From IMG/VR virus record IMGVR_UViG_2617271265_000001: a stretch of 64,000 nt of DNA; one strand, 5' to 3'. The notes below the pieces were generated by a model. That model was not told the DNA's origin and ran no database searches. It saw only the letters and a program-made list of their open reading frames with translations. The translations under genes were made by a program, and so were the position numbers. Below, one piece after another: positions 10,956-20,018 of the stretch. The stretch comes from an uncultured virus (IMG/VR IMGVR_UViG_2617271265_000001). Taxonomy: Duplodnaviria; Heunggongvirae; Uroviricota; Caudoviricetes. Position 1 is the first letter of the stretch. Each line of letters opens with the position of its first letter.

Positions 10956-10984
10956 AAAACCCCGCGATTAATTACGCGGGGCTA
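10956..10984 (-). terminator. Terminator downstream of the tRNA 3' fragment
   Basis: CCCCGCG-8 nt-CGCGGGG followed by a T-rich tract on the minus strand. Confidence 0.7.
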
Positions 10985-10996
10985 TGTTCAGTTTAA

Positions 10997-11124
10997 TGGT
11001 GCTCTGAGCGTGAAAATAATCACTATATTTATCAAAGCATTATTCAAATCTTGGTGCAAATTTTAATGAACCAAATATTTTTACATTTTTTGATTAAAAA
11101 AATATAGAGACTTGAACTCGCACG
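10997..11124 (-). other. Split tRNA 3' end (probably tRNA-Leu); putative prophage att site
   Basis: 11107-11124 and 10997-11010 join on the minus strand into CGTGCGAGTTCAAGTCTCGCTCAGAGCACCA (T-arm + acceptor strand + CCA), separated by ~97 bp of AT-rich DNA. The Leu identity is from recollection of Pasteurellaceae tRNAs. Confidence 0.7.
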
Positions 11125-11143
11125 TTTAAAACCAATCAAAAAA

Positions 11144-11250
11144 TGCGTTTTTCTGCGTTGATTTGCGTTGAAAGATCTAAAAGTCAGGATCTGAAAGGCG
11201 CTATATCTGAAAAGGCTTGATTGAGGATCGCAATTTGCGTTGAAATCAAC
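11144..11250. repeat. TGCGTTG(A) direct repeats, possible integrase arm-type sites
   Basis: TGCGTT at ~11144, 11154, 11164 and 11236, between the att-like site and cos. Confidence 0.4.
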
Positions 11251-11264
11251 ACATTTAGTGCGCG

Positions 11265-11287
11265 GGCGTGGCGAGGGTTTGACTGCG
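11265..11287 (+). other. Putative cos site
   Basis: GGCGTGGCGAGGGTTTGACTGCG resembles the P2/186 cohesive ends (GGCG[AT]GGCGGGGAAAGCA) and lies just beyond the portal gene, as in P2. Confidence 0.65.
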
Positions 11288-11419
11288 ATTTTTCGTGCGT
11301 GAAAGTGGCTGAAAATCAGGGAAAAATAAGGTTTTCACCTTTGTGTTATGGGGTGTTTTGATATAATAAACTGGGGCAGAATTAAATAAATAAGGGGCAA
11401 AAACCCTTTCATTTGCAAT

Positions 11420-11448
11420 AAAAAACCCGTGGTAGGCACGGGCATTTT
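11420..11448 (-). terminator. Terminator of the P-Q operon
   Basis: CCCGTG-CCTAC-CACGGG followed by TTTTTT on the minus strand. Confidence 0.75.
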
Positions 11449-11468
11449 TATTTTAAAAGGATCTGTTT

Positions 11469-12479
11469 TTATTCAAACAGTTTATATTCGCTGAAAGTGA
11501 TCACTTCCTTTCCAACAATCGCATTAATTTCTTTCAAGCGTTCTTGTAGCGGAATAATCTCATTGACAAAAAACACTTTGGTCGCTTTTTCCACATCACC
11601 AAAACCGCCGGTATTATTCGGGATAATCCCCATCAGTTGAGGTGGTACACGGTGCGCAGCTAACACATCATCACGGCTTGCATTTTTAATATTGAGAAAA
11701 TCATCTTTAGCTATAGCATCGGAAAGGGGAATCACTTGCAACCCGTCTTTCTTGCCATCAGGAATATGAATAAACAAATTCTTAAAATTGCCTGTGCCTT
11801 TGGTTTGTCGAATTTGCGCTTTAATCGCATCAACATCATCTTTGTTTTGAGTAGGATCCGTTAAATAGATTATTGAACCCGCATGCGCACCATTCAAATA
11901 ATATTTACGGCGGAACAATGTTGCACTCTCATTTAAAAATGCAGACTGCAATGCGGCCAAATATTCCGGCACACCATAAACCTCTTGATTCACGTCCGGA
12001 TTAACCAAATTGAAAACCGAACCTTTTGCAAACTCGTGTTCATCAACTCCATTCACCACTTGATAAAATACGCCCCGCTCTACACCAACCCGCATATATT
12101 TCGCCAGAGGTGCATTTAATGCCATCACATTGCCAAAGCGATTACGCTTAATTTCAATGTAGGCATTACCAAAAACCAAATAATCCTGTACCAATTTTTC
12201 CAACTGTGTGCGTGGCAAAAGTGCGGTCGTTTTACAAGTTGAAAGCAAAATATTTTTCTTCACCGTGATCGCACTTTGATGATGTGCCGAGGCATTCAAT
12301 GCTTTAGAGAGATAACTCAAATTAATCGGCGGATTGTAATATTTTTGATACATCAGCACCGGCTCAAAATAATTGAGGATTTCCGCACGATCAAGCACGG
12401 GAATCGGCTCACCAAAACTAAAGGCTTCCGTTCTGGCTTGTGAAGAAAGTGCGGTCGTTTTTTTACGTGATTTTTTCAT
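11469..12479 (-). CDS. Portal protein (P2 gpQ-like)
   Basis: EAFSFGEPIPV, YYLNGAHAG, AAHRVPPQLMG motifs; gene order. Confidence 0.95.
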   Translation of the reverse strand: MKKSRKKTTALSSQARTEAFSFGEPIPVLDRAEILNYFEPVLMYQKYYNPPINLSYLSKALNASAHHQSAITVKKNILLSTCKTTALLPRTQLEKLVQDYLVFGNAYIEIKRNRFGNVMALNAPLAKYMRVGVERGVFYQVVNGVDEHEFAKGSVFNLVNPDVNQEVYGVPEYLAALQSAFLNESATLFRRKYYLNGAHAGSIIYLTDPTQNKDDVDAIKAQIRQTKGTGNFKNLFIHIPDGKKDGLQVIPLSDAIAKDDFLNIKNASRDDVLAAHRVPPQLMGIIPNNTGGFGDVEKATKVFFVNEIIPLQERLKEINAIVGKEVITFSEYKLFE

Positions 12480-12488
12480 TATTAAATC

Positions 12489-14267
12489 CTATTCAAAGGT
12501 GAAAATTGTTGTTTGTGCGCTGCCGACAACATCGCCGCCGGAGCCGTAAGGAACGTTTAAAATGCAGTTCATGATCGCCCACGATAAATCACCGTGGCTT
12601 GCTTCTTCCGAACGGTCGGAAACATAAGTGATTCTGCCTGTGCCGGTTGTGCGTTTTTTTACTGTCATAAAACTAGTGATAATTTCTTTGCCGTCAAATT
12701 TTAGACGGCGTTTCTGAATGAGGTTTTGCGTTTTCAGTACCATTTCGTTTTTCAGGTCGACGTTATAATCTAGCCCTTGCGCCATTGGATAAAATTTCCT
12801 TACCTCTTGATACACGCCCGACCCCATTCCCGTTTTATCAATCACAATACGAGTGATGTTATAGTCATCACAAAATTGTTTGATTCGATTTGCTTGCGCT
12901 TCATAATCCATTCCGTGAAAAGTTTGCCAATGCAACACACGATAGTCGCCCCCTTCCACTTTAGGCGGTGCAACAATAGCGAGTGCCGCACGGTCGCCAG
13001 TAAATGCCGGGTCATAACCGAGCCATACCTCCCGATTGCCGAAAGGTCGTTGCCAAAATGGTTTATAATCCTCCCACTCTTCTAGGCTATCCACTTGACA
13101 CAACTGAAGATCAGCAAATTTGAAAGCGGAGCTATCATCATCAGCAAATTGGCACAAAAACAGCTGATTAAACTCTTCCTTGCTGTTTTCCGCAATCAAA
13201 TCATCAATGTTAAACAAGTTGCAGCCGCCTTCCATCGCATCGTAAATGCTGACAATCTGTTTCCACTGACGATCCGCACAGAGCTTGCCGGCACGTAAAT
13301 TTTCGTGGGAAATATCAATTTCCACTTTTTCCAATTTTGCACGGTTGCGATTAAAGGCTTTGCCGCAAAAAAACGCATAGGCAGGGTGCGCAATGGTTGT
13401 CGGCGTAGAAAAGTAAGTTTGACGATACATCTTTTGTGCCGCCATACCCGATGCCACTTTGCGCATCACATCAAATTTCGGCACCCAAAACACTTCGTCA
13501 AAGTACAAATTGCCGTGATACGATTGGGCTGTTGCCGAGTTCGTGCCAAGAAAAATCAACTCCGCCCCATTCGGCAGTTTGATGGTTTCCCCTTTCAAAT
13601 CCACATCTGCGGTTTGTTTGGCATAATTCACAATGTAAGAACGGAACTGCAACGCCTGTTTTTTACTGGCCGAAAGGAAAATTTGATTATGGCCTGTTGT
13701 CAGCGCATCAACAAAGGCTTCATGAGCAAAATAATAAGTCGCCCCAATCTGACGACTTTTCAAAATATTGCGGATTCGATGTTCTTTTGCCTTATGCCAC
13801 ACCCGTTGATAATTAAACATTCCCTCAAGAAAGCCATTAATCAACAATTCCTCTTGCTCTTCGCTGATGGCGTTTTGCTCCGCTTTTTTGCGTTCGCCTT
13901 TATTCCGATTGGCAAGTTTCGGGTTCAAATCAACTTCATTGCCTTCGCCAAAAGAATATTTTTTCACCCTAGCCATCCGTTCCATTTGGCGACCGAGTAA
14001 ATCAATTTCTTTGTAATCTGCCCCGCTCTTGTTTTCTTTCAGAATGAGCAAGTTCAAACGGCTTTCAAGGGTCAGTTCCACACGCCCGACCGGTGCGAAA
14101 TCATCCCATTTTTCACGCTCTTTCCAACTGGAAATAGTCGATGTTGGAATATTTAACTGACGTGATATTTCCGCAATTTTATAACCGCTGAAATACATCA
14201 CTTGCGCTCGGCGTTTGGTATCTGCCGTGTTTTCCGGTTGAGGTGGATTGTTGATAGGTTCTGTCAT
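12489..14267 (-). CDS. Terminase ATPase subunit (P2 gpP-like)
   Basis: ILKSRQIGAT Walker A, LYFDE Walker B, GYDPA nuclease motif, HGDLSWA. Confidence 0.96.
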   Translation of the reverse strand: MTEPINNPPQPENTADTKRRAQVMYFSGYKIAEISRQLNIPTSTISSWKEREKWDDFAPVGRVELTLESRLNLLILKENKSGADYKEIDLLGRQMERMARVKKYSFGEGNEVDLNPKLANRNKGERKKAEQNAISEEQEELLINGFLEGMFNYQRVWHKAKEHRIRNILKSRQIGATYYFAHEAFVDALTTGHNQIFLSASKKQALQFRSYIVNYAKQTADVDLKGETIKLPNGAELIFLGTNSATAQSYHGNLYFDEVFWVPKFDVMRKVASGMAAQKMYRQTYFSTPTTIAHPAYAFFCGKAFNRNRAKLEKVEIDISHENLRAGKLCADRQWKQIVSIYDAMEGGCNLFNIDDLIAENSKEEFNQLFLCQFADDDSSAFKFADLQLCQVDSLEEWEDYKPFWQRPFGNREVWLGYDPAFTGDRAALAIVAPPKVEGGDYRVLHWQTFHGMDYEAQANRIKQFCDDYNITRIVIDKTGMGSGVYQEVRKFYPMAQGLDYNVDLKNEMVLKTQNLIQKRRLKFDGKEIITSFMTVKKRTTGTGRITYVSDRSEEASHGDLSWAIMNCILNVPYGSGGDVVGSAQTTIFTFE

Positions 14268-14335
14268 GCGTTATCTCTTAAATTTTAATAACGGCATAGT
14301 AGAAAGGATAAATGCGGTCGTCTTTCAGGGCGTTT

Positions 14336-14354
14336 TGTGAAACCAAAAGCAACA
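14336..14354. promoter_or_regulatory. Ogr-family late activator site candidate (divergent P/O promoter)
   Basis: TGT-N13-ACA dyad; the same spacing recurs upstream of V at 59036. The P2 consensus is TGT-N12-ACA. Confidence 0.45.
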
Positions 14355-14426
14355 ATGGCAAGCACTCGCACAGGTGTAAAAAGTCTTTCAGAATGGGCGC
14401 AACTTGAACCATAAAAAGGATAACCC

Positions 14427-15248
14427 ATGCCGAAAAAATCGAAATGGTTTGTCGTTGCGACAGAGGGCGCAACCACAGACGGTCGCGAAATTCAGCGTAA
14501 GTGGATTGAGGAAATGGCTGAAAGCTATGATCCAAAAAATACTTACGGTGCACGCATTAATTTAGATCACATCAAATTCACCCTGTTTTTTGAAGATATG
14601 CCAAACGCTCATTGTTTTGGTGATGTGATTGCACTGAAATCCCAAGAACGTAAAGATGGCAAACTGCAATTATTAGCTGAAATTATCCCAACGGAAAGTT
14701 TGATTAAGCTCAATCAGGCAGGGCAAAAAGTCTATACATCCGTTGAAATCGACACCAATTTCGCCGACACCGGCAAAGCCTATTTGGTCGGTCTTGCGGT
14801 AACGGACAATCCGGCAAGTCTTGGCACGGAAATGCTTTCCTTCTCGCACAACGGCTTGGCGTCCCGCAAATTAAAAGCGGAAAACCTGTTCACTGCTGCC
14901 GTGGAAACGTTGCTTGAATTTGAAGACATTGAAGAAAAACCGAATTTCTCCGTGTTTGAAAAAATCAAGGCGTTGTTCAGTAAAAAAGAAAAATCCGATG
15001 ACGAACGCTTTGCGGATCATGAAAAATCCATTGAGCTTTTAGCGGAACAAACCAAAGAAACCTTGGAAAAACTGACCGCACTTTCTGCCGATTTTGAAAA
15101 ACAAAAAGCGGAATTTGCAAAAATGCAAGAAACCCAAGAAGCGATTCAAAGCAAGTTTACCCAACTTGAACAAACGCCATCTGCCGACTATACCGAACGC
15201 CCTTTAGTTGCGGGCGAAACAACCGAAGCAGACGGTCGTTTCTTCTAA
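14427..15248 (+). CDS. Capsid scaffolding protein/protease (gpO-like)
   Basis: ATEGATTDGR, YLVGLAVTDNPASLGTEML. Confidence 0.95.
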   Translation: MPKKSKWFVVATEGATTDGREIQRKWIEEMAESYDPKNTYGARINLDHIKFTLFFEDMPNAHCFGDVIALKSQERKDGKLQLLAEIIPTESLIKLNQAGQKVYTSVEIDTNFADTGKAYLVGLAVTDNPASLGTEMLSFSHNGLASRKLKAENLFTAAVETLLEFEDIEEKPNFSVFEKIKALFSKKEKSDDERFADHEKSIELLAEQTKETLEKLTALSADFEKQKAEFAKMQETQEAIQSKFTQLEQTPSADYTERPLVAGETTEADGRFF

Positions 15249-15269
15249 TTATCACCACAGGAAGCCAAA

Positions 15270-16325
15270 ATGAATAAATTTACCAAAACTAAATTAGCCC
15301 ATTATTTCGCCGGTGTAGCAACAGACAATGGCGAATCCGTAGAATTTATCGCTGCAGGCGGTCAATTCACCGTTGAGCCAACTATTCAACAAAAACTCGA
15401 AAACGCCGTCTTGGAAAACTCCGACTTTCTAAAACGCATTAATGTAGTGATGGTGACGGAAATGAAAGGTGCGACTTTGCGTTTAGGAGTATTAGGCCCT
15501 ATTGCAAGCCGAACCGATACCAACAAAAAAGAGCGTGAAACCAGAGACATTCACAGTCTTGAAGAAAACACCTACTCTTGCGAGCAAACCAACTTCGACA
15601 CCCATTTGAACTACGCCACTTTGGATAGTTGGGCGAAATTCCCTGATTTTGCCGCTCGAATTGGCAATCTCAAAGCTGAACGCATTGCACACGACCGCAT
15701 TATGATCGGTTTTAACGGTTCAAGTGTTGCCGCAACAACTAACCTCAAAACAAACCCATTATTGCAAGATGTCAATGTTGGCTGGTTACACCAAATCGAA
15801 ACCAAAGCCACTGCCCGTGTAATGACAGAAGAAACCAAAGGTAGCGGCAAAATCGAAATCGGCACAGGTAAAACCTACAAAAATCTTGATGCCTTTGTGT
15901 TCGCCCTTAAAGAAGACTTTATCCCTGCACAATACCGTGATGACACAAAACTCGTGGCGATCATGGGTAGCGATTTATTAGCAGATAAATACTTCCCATT
16001 AATCAATCAAGAAAAACCAAGCGAGCAAGTCGCCGGTGATACGGTCATCAGCCAAAAACGCGTGGGCGGTTTACAAGCGGTTTCCGTACCGTATTTCCCG
16101 AAAGGCACAGTGCTTATCACCGCATTGGATAACTTGTCAATCTACGTACAAGAAGGAAGAGTGCGCCGTCACTTTAAAGACAAACCGGAACGCAATCGTG
16201 TAGAAGACTATTTATCCTCAAATGAGGCGTATGTAGTCGAAAACTATGAGGCAGTCGCACTGGCGAAAAACATCACGATTGTTGACGCGCCGGCTAGCGA
16301 AACCACTAACGGCGCAACGGAATAA
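15270..16325 (+). CDS. Major capsid protein (gpN-like)
   Basis: DRIMIGFNG, NPLLQDVNVGWL, SSNEAYVVE. Confidence 0.95.
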   Translation: MNKFTKTKLAHYFAGVATDNGESVEFIAAGGQFTVEPTIQQKLENAVLENSDFLKRINVVMVTEMKGATLRLGVLGPIASRTDTNKKERETRDIHSLEENTYSCEQTNFDTHLNYATLDSWAKFPDFAARIGNLKAERIAHDRIMIGFNGSSVAATTNLKTNPLLQDVNVGWLHQIETKATARVMTEETKGSGKIEIGTGKTYKNLDAFVFALKEDFIPAQYRDDTKLVAIMGSDLLADKYFPLINQEKPSEQVAGDTVISQKRVGGLQAVSVPYFPKGTVLITALDNLSIYVQEGRVRRHFKDKPERNRVEDYLSSNEAYVVENYEAVALAKNITIVDAPASETTNGATE

Positions 16326-16329
16326 GCCA

Positions 16330-16986
16330 ATGCGACCGACTAAACGTCATTTTATCGAAGTCTCTGCCGCTTTAGCCAATGCGGCAGAAACCGAAGATTT
16401 AAGCCAATTTAGCGAATACGACAAAATGCTCCGCTTGCTTGCCCGCCACAAAAAGGATTTAAAACAAATCCAATCCACGGTGCGCAAAGCAGAATTTAAA
16501 AAACGTATTTTGCCGGATTATTTGCCTTGGATTGAGGGCGCATTATCTGCTGGAACGGGTAAACAAGATAATGTGGTGATGACGTGGTGCGTATGGGCGA
16601 TTGACTGTGGGGAATATCACCTTGCTTTAACCATTGCCGACTATGCCGTTTTTCACGATTTGCGACTGCCTGAACCGTTCAGCCGAACATTAGGCACACT
16701 TATCGCTGAAGAATTTGCCGACCAAGCCAAAGCGGCGCAGGCAGCAAATCAACCTTTTGAAGTGGCGTATTTGGAACAAGCCAACCGCATCACCGCCGAT
16801 TGTGATATGCCGGACGAAAGCCGTGCAAGATTATTGCGGGAATTGGGGTTGCTCACTATTGAGAAAAACCCCACTCAAGCCCTTGAATATCTCGAACGAG
16901 CACTCGGCTTAGATCAGAAAATCGGCGTGAAAGGCGAGATAAAAAAACTCCGTAAGCAACTTGAGAAAAACGAGAGTGAATCTTGA
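16330..16986 (+). CDS. Terminase small subunit (gpM-like)
   Basis: LPDYLPWIEG, CDMPDESRARL, GVKGEIKKL; start at MRPTKRHF. Confidence 0.92.
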   Translation: MRPTKRHFIEVSAALANAAETEDLSQFSEYDKMLRLLARHKKDLKQIQSTVRKAEFKKRILPDYLPWIEGALSAGTGKQDNVVMTWCVWAIDCGEYHLALTIADYAVFHDLRLPEPFSRTLGTLIAEEFADQAKAAQAANQPFEVAYLEQANRITADCDMPDESRARLLRELGLLTIEKNPTQALEYLERALGLDQKIGVKGEIKKLRKQLEKNESES

Positions 16987-16997
16987 TGTTGTTTAAG

Positions 16998-17161
16998 CCC
17001 CGTGTAAATCGCCCGACTGTGAATGAATTTTTAGGGAAATTTGTCCTGTTTGAGCGCAGCGAGTTGACAAATTTCCCGTAAAGAAAATTCATTCTAAGGG
17101 CGGAAAAGCGATTTAGTCGGGGTGTGTTCTTTGGTTCTTTCTTGCACAAGCAAGAAAGAAC
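16998..17161. repeat. Long structured palindromic insert (extended hairpin plus a 12-bp hairpin)
   Basis: Nested complementary arms 17034-45/17066-77, 17021-31/17084-94, 17005-12/17108-15, 16998-17002/17118-22; perfect hairpin 17134-17161. Confidence 0.8.
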
Positions 17162-17276
17162 GTAATCCAAGCAAACCACGCAGCCGCGGGGCGGATTCAA
17201 AGTGCGGTCAAAATTTTCTAAATTTCTACACCGCATTTGATGAATCCCCACCCCGCTTTTTTTATAGGTAAACACA

Positions 17277-17786
17277 ATGTCAGACGGTGCAATCTCAATC
17301 AAACTTACTCCCGATTATGAAATGGGCGCAGTGCAAAAACAGGTAGAAACCTATCCTAACACCGATGATTTAATCAGCAATGAACCCTTTTTCCCTGATT
17401 TTTCGATCTCTCAATGCCGCAATCAAATGCGTATTGATGGCACAGTGACCGAATTTCGCTTAAAAGATTCTCTGATTGAGGCAATGGCTTCGGTCAATGA
17501 AGAATTGAGCGCATTCCAGCAGGAAAATGCGAAATACGGTCATTTGGCAAGTATTCCGGCTCCACGCATAAATGACGAAAGCATTTTAGTGCAACGCTAT
17601 CAACGTGCCGTGATTTGCCTTGCCGTTGCCAATTTATACGAACGCTACGCAAGTTACGACAGCACCAATGAGGGTGATAAGAAAATGGAACAGCTCAAAG
17701 ACATCATTGACCAACTCCGCCGTGATGCCCGTTTTGCTATCAGCGATATGTTGAAACGCCGAAGAATTGACGTGGAGCTGATCTGA
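17277..17786 (+). CDS. Head completion protein (gpL-like)
   Basis: MRIDGTVT, RDARFAISDML...RIDVELI; gene order. Confidence 0.92.
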   Translation: MSDGAISIKLTPDYEMGAVQKQVETYPNTDDLISNEPFFPDFSISQCRNQMRIDGTVTEFRLKDSLIEAMASVNEELSAFQQENAKYGHLASIPAPRINDESILVQRYQRAVICLAVANLYERYASYDSTNEGDKKMEQLKDIIDQLRRDARFAISDMLKRRRIDVELI

Positions 17787-17995
17787 TGAAAGTGCGAGCC
17801 CAACAAAATGACAATCTCGATGCCATTGTTTACCGCCATTTAGGCAAAAGCCAAGGCTATTTAGAAATCGCATGCGAACTGAATCCGCACTTGATGAATT
17901 TGCCGATAATCCCTATCGGCACAGAAGTGAATTTGCCCGATCCTGACACCGAAAAGATCAGCGTTGCACAAGATACGTTGCAGTTATGGAGCTAA
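17786..17995 (+). CDS. Tail protein X
   Basis: MKVRAQQNDNLDAIVYRHLG...LQLWS. Confidence 0.9.
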   Translation: MKVRAQQNDNLDAIVYRHLGKSQGYLEIACELNPHLMNLPIIPIGTEVNLPDPDTEKISVAQDTLQLWS

Positions 17996-17999
17996 CAAA

Positions 18000-18227
18000 A
18001 TGAAAGACATTCAAAGCAATGCGCCTTATGTATCAGGCGGTTTTACCGCATTTATGGGAGTGATCAGCAATATGTTAAGCGATGTTACGCTTGCCGATGT
18101 TGGCGTTATCGTTGGGATTATCGTCACCATCGCAACGTGGGTGGTGAATTGGTATTACAAGAAAAAAGATTTTGAATTAAGAAAATTAGAAGTAGAAGGA
18201 AAAATCAATGATAAGAAAAAGCGCTAA
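18000..18227 (+). CDS. Holin (HP1-like)
   Basis: Transmembrane segment, ATWVVNWYYKKK, basic tail; directly before the lysozyme. Confidence 0.85.
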   Translation: MKDIQSNAPYVSGGFTAFMGVISNMLSDVTLADVGVIVGIIVTIATWVVNWYYKKKDFELRKLEVEGKINDKKKR

Positions 18228-18554
18228 ATGGGCGTGCGGTATCACCGCCATTGTCGGCTTAACATTCGCTTTATACGGCAATGAATTGCAAACCTCAAAA
18301 CAAGGCTTGCTCTTAATCGGTAATGCTGAAGGCTGTCAGCGAAAGCCCTATCACTGCCCTTCTGATGTCCTAACTTTTGGCATCGGCACAACGGAAGCTG
18401 TAGAAAAAATCATACCAAATAAAATTTATACCAATGAAGAAATCGCCAGAGCTTTCGCCAAAGGCATTAAGCAAGCGGAAAGATGTGTCAATACTTACGC
18501 CAACGGGCAAAAAATGCCGCAAGGGGCGTTTGATGCGCTGATCTCTATCACCTT
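18208..18554 (+). pseudogene. Lysozyme (GH24, SAR-type N-terminus), 5' part, disrupted by the Mu-like insertion
   Basis: EGC...Y.CPSDVLTFGIGTT catalytic region; the frame is broken after ...DALISIT at the TG left end of the Mu-like element. Confidence 0.95.
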
Positions 18555-18760
18555 TGTATCCAACCACTAAAGATGAGAAAAACAAAAAGAAATAGGGATT
18601 TGGTTGAAATAAGCGGGAATATGTTGGCAGGAACCAGATAAAACGGGGGTTGGCAGAGTGTCAGCCCCTTTTTTATTTGTTGAGGAAAAGAAGAATAATG
18701 AAATGGGAAAAATTTTAAGGTTTGGCGGAAAATGGCAAAATAACCACTTGAAATGAGAAA
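18555..18760 (+). promoter_or_regulatory. Mu left end with transposase-binding repeats
   Basis: ACCACTAAAGATGAGAAA (18563) and ACCACTTGAAATGAGAAA (18743) match the right-end copies. Confidence 0.75.
18646..18674 (+). terminator. Terminator inside the Mu left end
   Basis: GGGGTTGGCA-GAG-TGTCAGCCCC followed by TTTTTT. Confidence 0.65.
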
Positions 18761-18795
18761 TTTAAATTCGGCTTTAAATTTTGTTTAAATCCGGT

Positions 18796-19479
18796 TTAAG
18801 TGAGATTTTTGCCGATGTGCACTACCTGCCCGATAACCTGTAAATCTTCCGCCTCGGCTTGCGTTAAGCGGATTGGCGGGTATTCATCTTTGTTATCTGA
18901 AATCAGTTCCAGCCCGTCCCAATTGATTTTAAGGCGTTTCACCCACACGCTGGCACCGTTTTGCACCAAGTAAATTTTATCGCCTTTAATCTCTTTCTTT
19001 GATAAATCCACCAACATCTGATCGCCGTCGTCAATGGTCGGGCGCATTGAAACGCCATCCGCCCAGAAAACGGCGCCGTGGCGCGGTTTTACGCTGAGTT
19101 TATGTAACAGTTCATCCGAATACGGTACTTGCCCGTCGGGCTGTGTCACGCCCTCATTAAAGCTGCCGTAACCCGCTGAAACATTAATGGAAGAAAAACT
19201 GTCAATCATTGTCACGCCGCTAATATCTTGAGTTATATTTACAGGTTCGGGATCTCCTTGTCCTGAGATTAGCCAACCAGCACTTACTCCCGAAGCTTCA
19301 GATATTCGGAATAAACTTGTTCTAGTAGGATCCGATTCGCCCTTAATCCATTTTACTAAGGATGGCTGTTGAACCCCAACAGCTCTAGAAAATTTACTGT
19401 AGTTACCATCAAATTTAGTATTTAAAAGAAATTGCATTCTTTTGGCAAACTCTTGGTCATAAACTTTAGCTTTACTCAT
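18796..19479 (-). CDS. Phage repressor, HTH + S24 peptidase (CI/LexA-like)
   Basis: N-terminal HTH, SAG cleavage-type site, GVSMRPTI (Ser) and VKRL (Lys). Confidence 0.92.
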   Translation of the reverse strand: MSKAKVYDQEFAKRMQFLLNTKFDGNYSKFSRAVGVQQPSLVKWIKGESDPTRTSLFRISEASGVSAGWLISGQGDPEPVNITQDISGVTMIDSFSSINVSAGYGSFNEGVTQPDGQVPYSDELLHKLSVKPRHGAVFWADGVSMRPTIDDGDQMLVDLSKKEIKGDKIYLVQNGASVWVKRLKINWDGLELISDNKDEYPPIRLTQAEAEDLQVIGQVVHIGKNLT

Positions 19480-19497
19480 CTCTATCTCCGCGTTAAT

Positions 19498-19661
19498 GGT
19501 AAATCTTAATAATTGGAAAGATTTACCTTTTTTAAGTAAAAAATATTTATGGTAAAACTAAATACAAACCATTGTTTTAATTGGTTTAAATAATTTTAAA
19601 GGTTTATTTTTAAAATAATTTAAGTTTTACCATTGACTTTATTAAAGTTTTACCGTTTAAT
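19498..19661. promoter_or_regulatory. Immunity control region: operators and early promoter
   Basis: Five AG(A/T)TTTACC boxes (19498 and 19551 inverted; 19518, 19622, 19645 direct). TTGACT-17-TTTAAT at 19633-19661. Confidence 0.65.
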
Positions 19662-19695
19662 ACACGCATTAGATACATAAAAAGGAGTGTATTCA

Positions 19696-19974
19696 ATGAG
19701 TGTATTAGACGGCGCTAAAAAAACCGCAAATCGAGACTGGCACCGAGCGGATATTTTAGCGGCATTACGAAAAAACGGATGGTCGTTACGTTCTTTAGCA
19801 AACGCTGGCAACGTTAGCTATAACACATTGAAATCGGCGTTAGATAAACCTTATCCAAAAATGGAAAGATTGATTGCTAATGCCGTCGGAGTTGCCCCTG
19901 AGGAAATCTGGGCGGCGCGGTCGCTTGAGCGGATTGAACGTAATCGTAAACCTGTTTTAACGAATAAGTTTTAA
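19696..19974 (+). CDS. ner: Ner/Nlp-family regulator
   Basis: DWHRADILAALRKNGWSLRSL...PYPKMERLIANAVGVAPEEIW. Confidence 0.92.
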   Translation: MSVLDGAKKTANRDWHRADILAALRKNGWSLRSLANAGNVSYNTLKSALDKPYPKMERLIANAVGVAPEEIWAARSLERIERNRKPVLTNKF

Positions 19975-20018
19975 TCATAAATGAAAATAAACTTAAAAGA
20001 TACAAAAAAGGATCTTTT

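Noticed and set aside
10997..11124. Functional or intron-containing tRNA gene
   Set aside because: Only the 3' 31 nt are present, the 5' half is absent, and the insert is too short and unstructured for a self-splicing intron.
16856..17302. 148-aa minus-strand ORF across the M-L intergenic region
   Set aside because: It overlaps both flanking genes and the palindromic insert, and has no protein-like features.
18208..18570. Complete 120-aa lysozyme as listed in the ORF track
   Set aside because: The last residues (VSNH) come from the Mu left end; the true C-terminus lies at 52957-53130.
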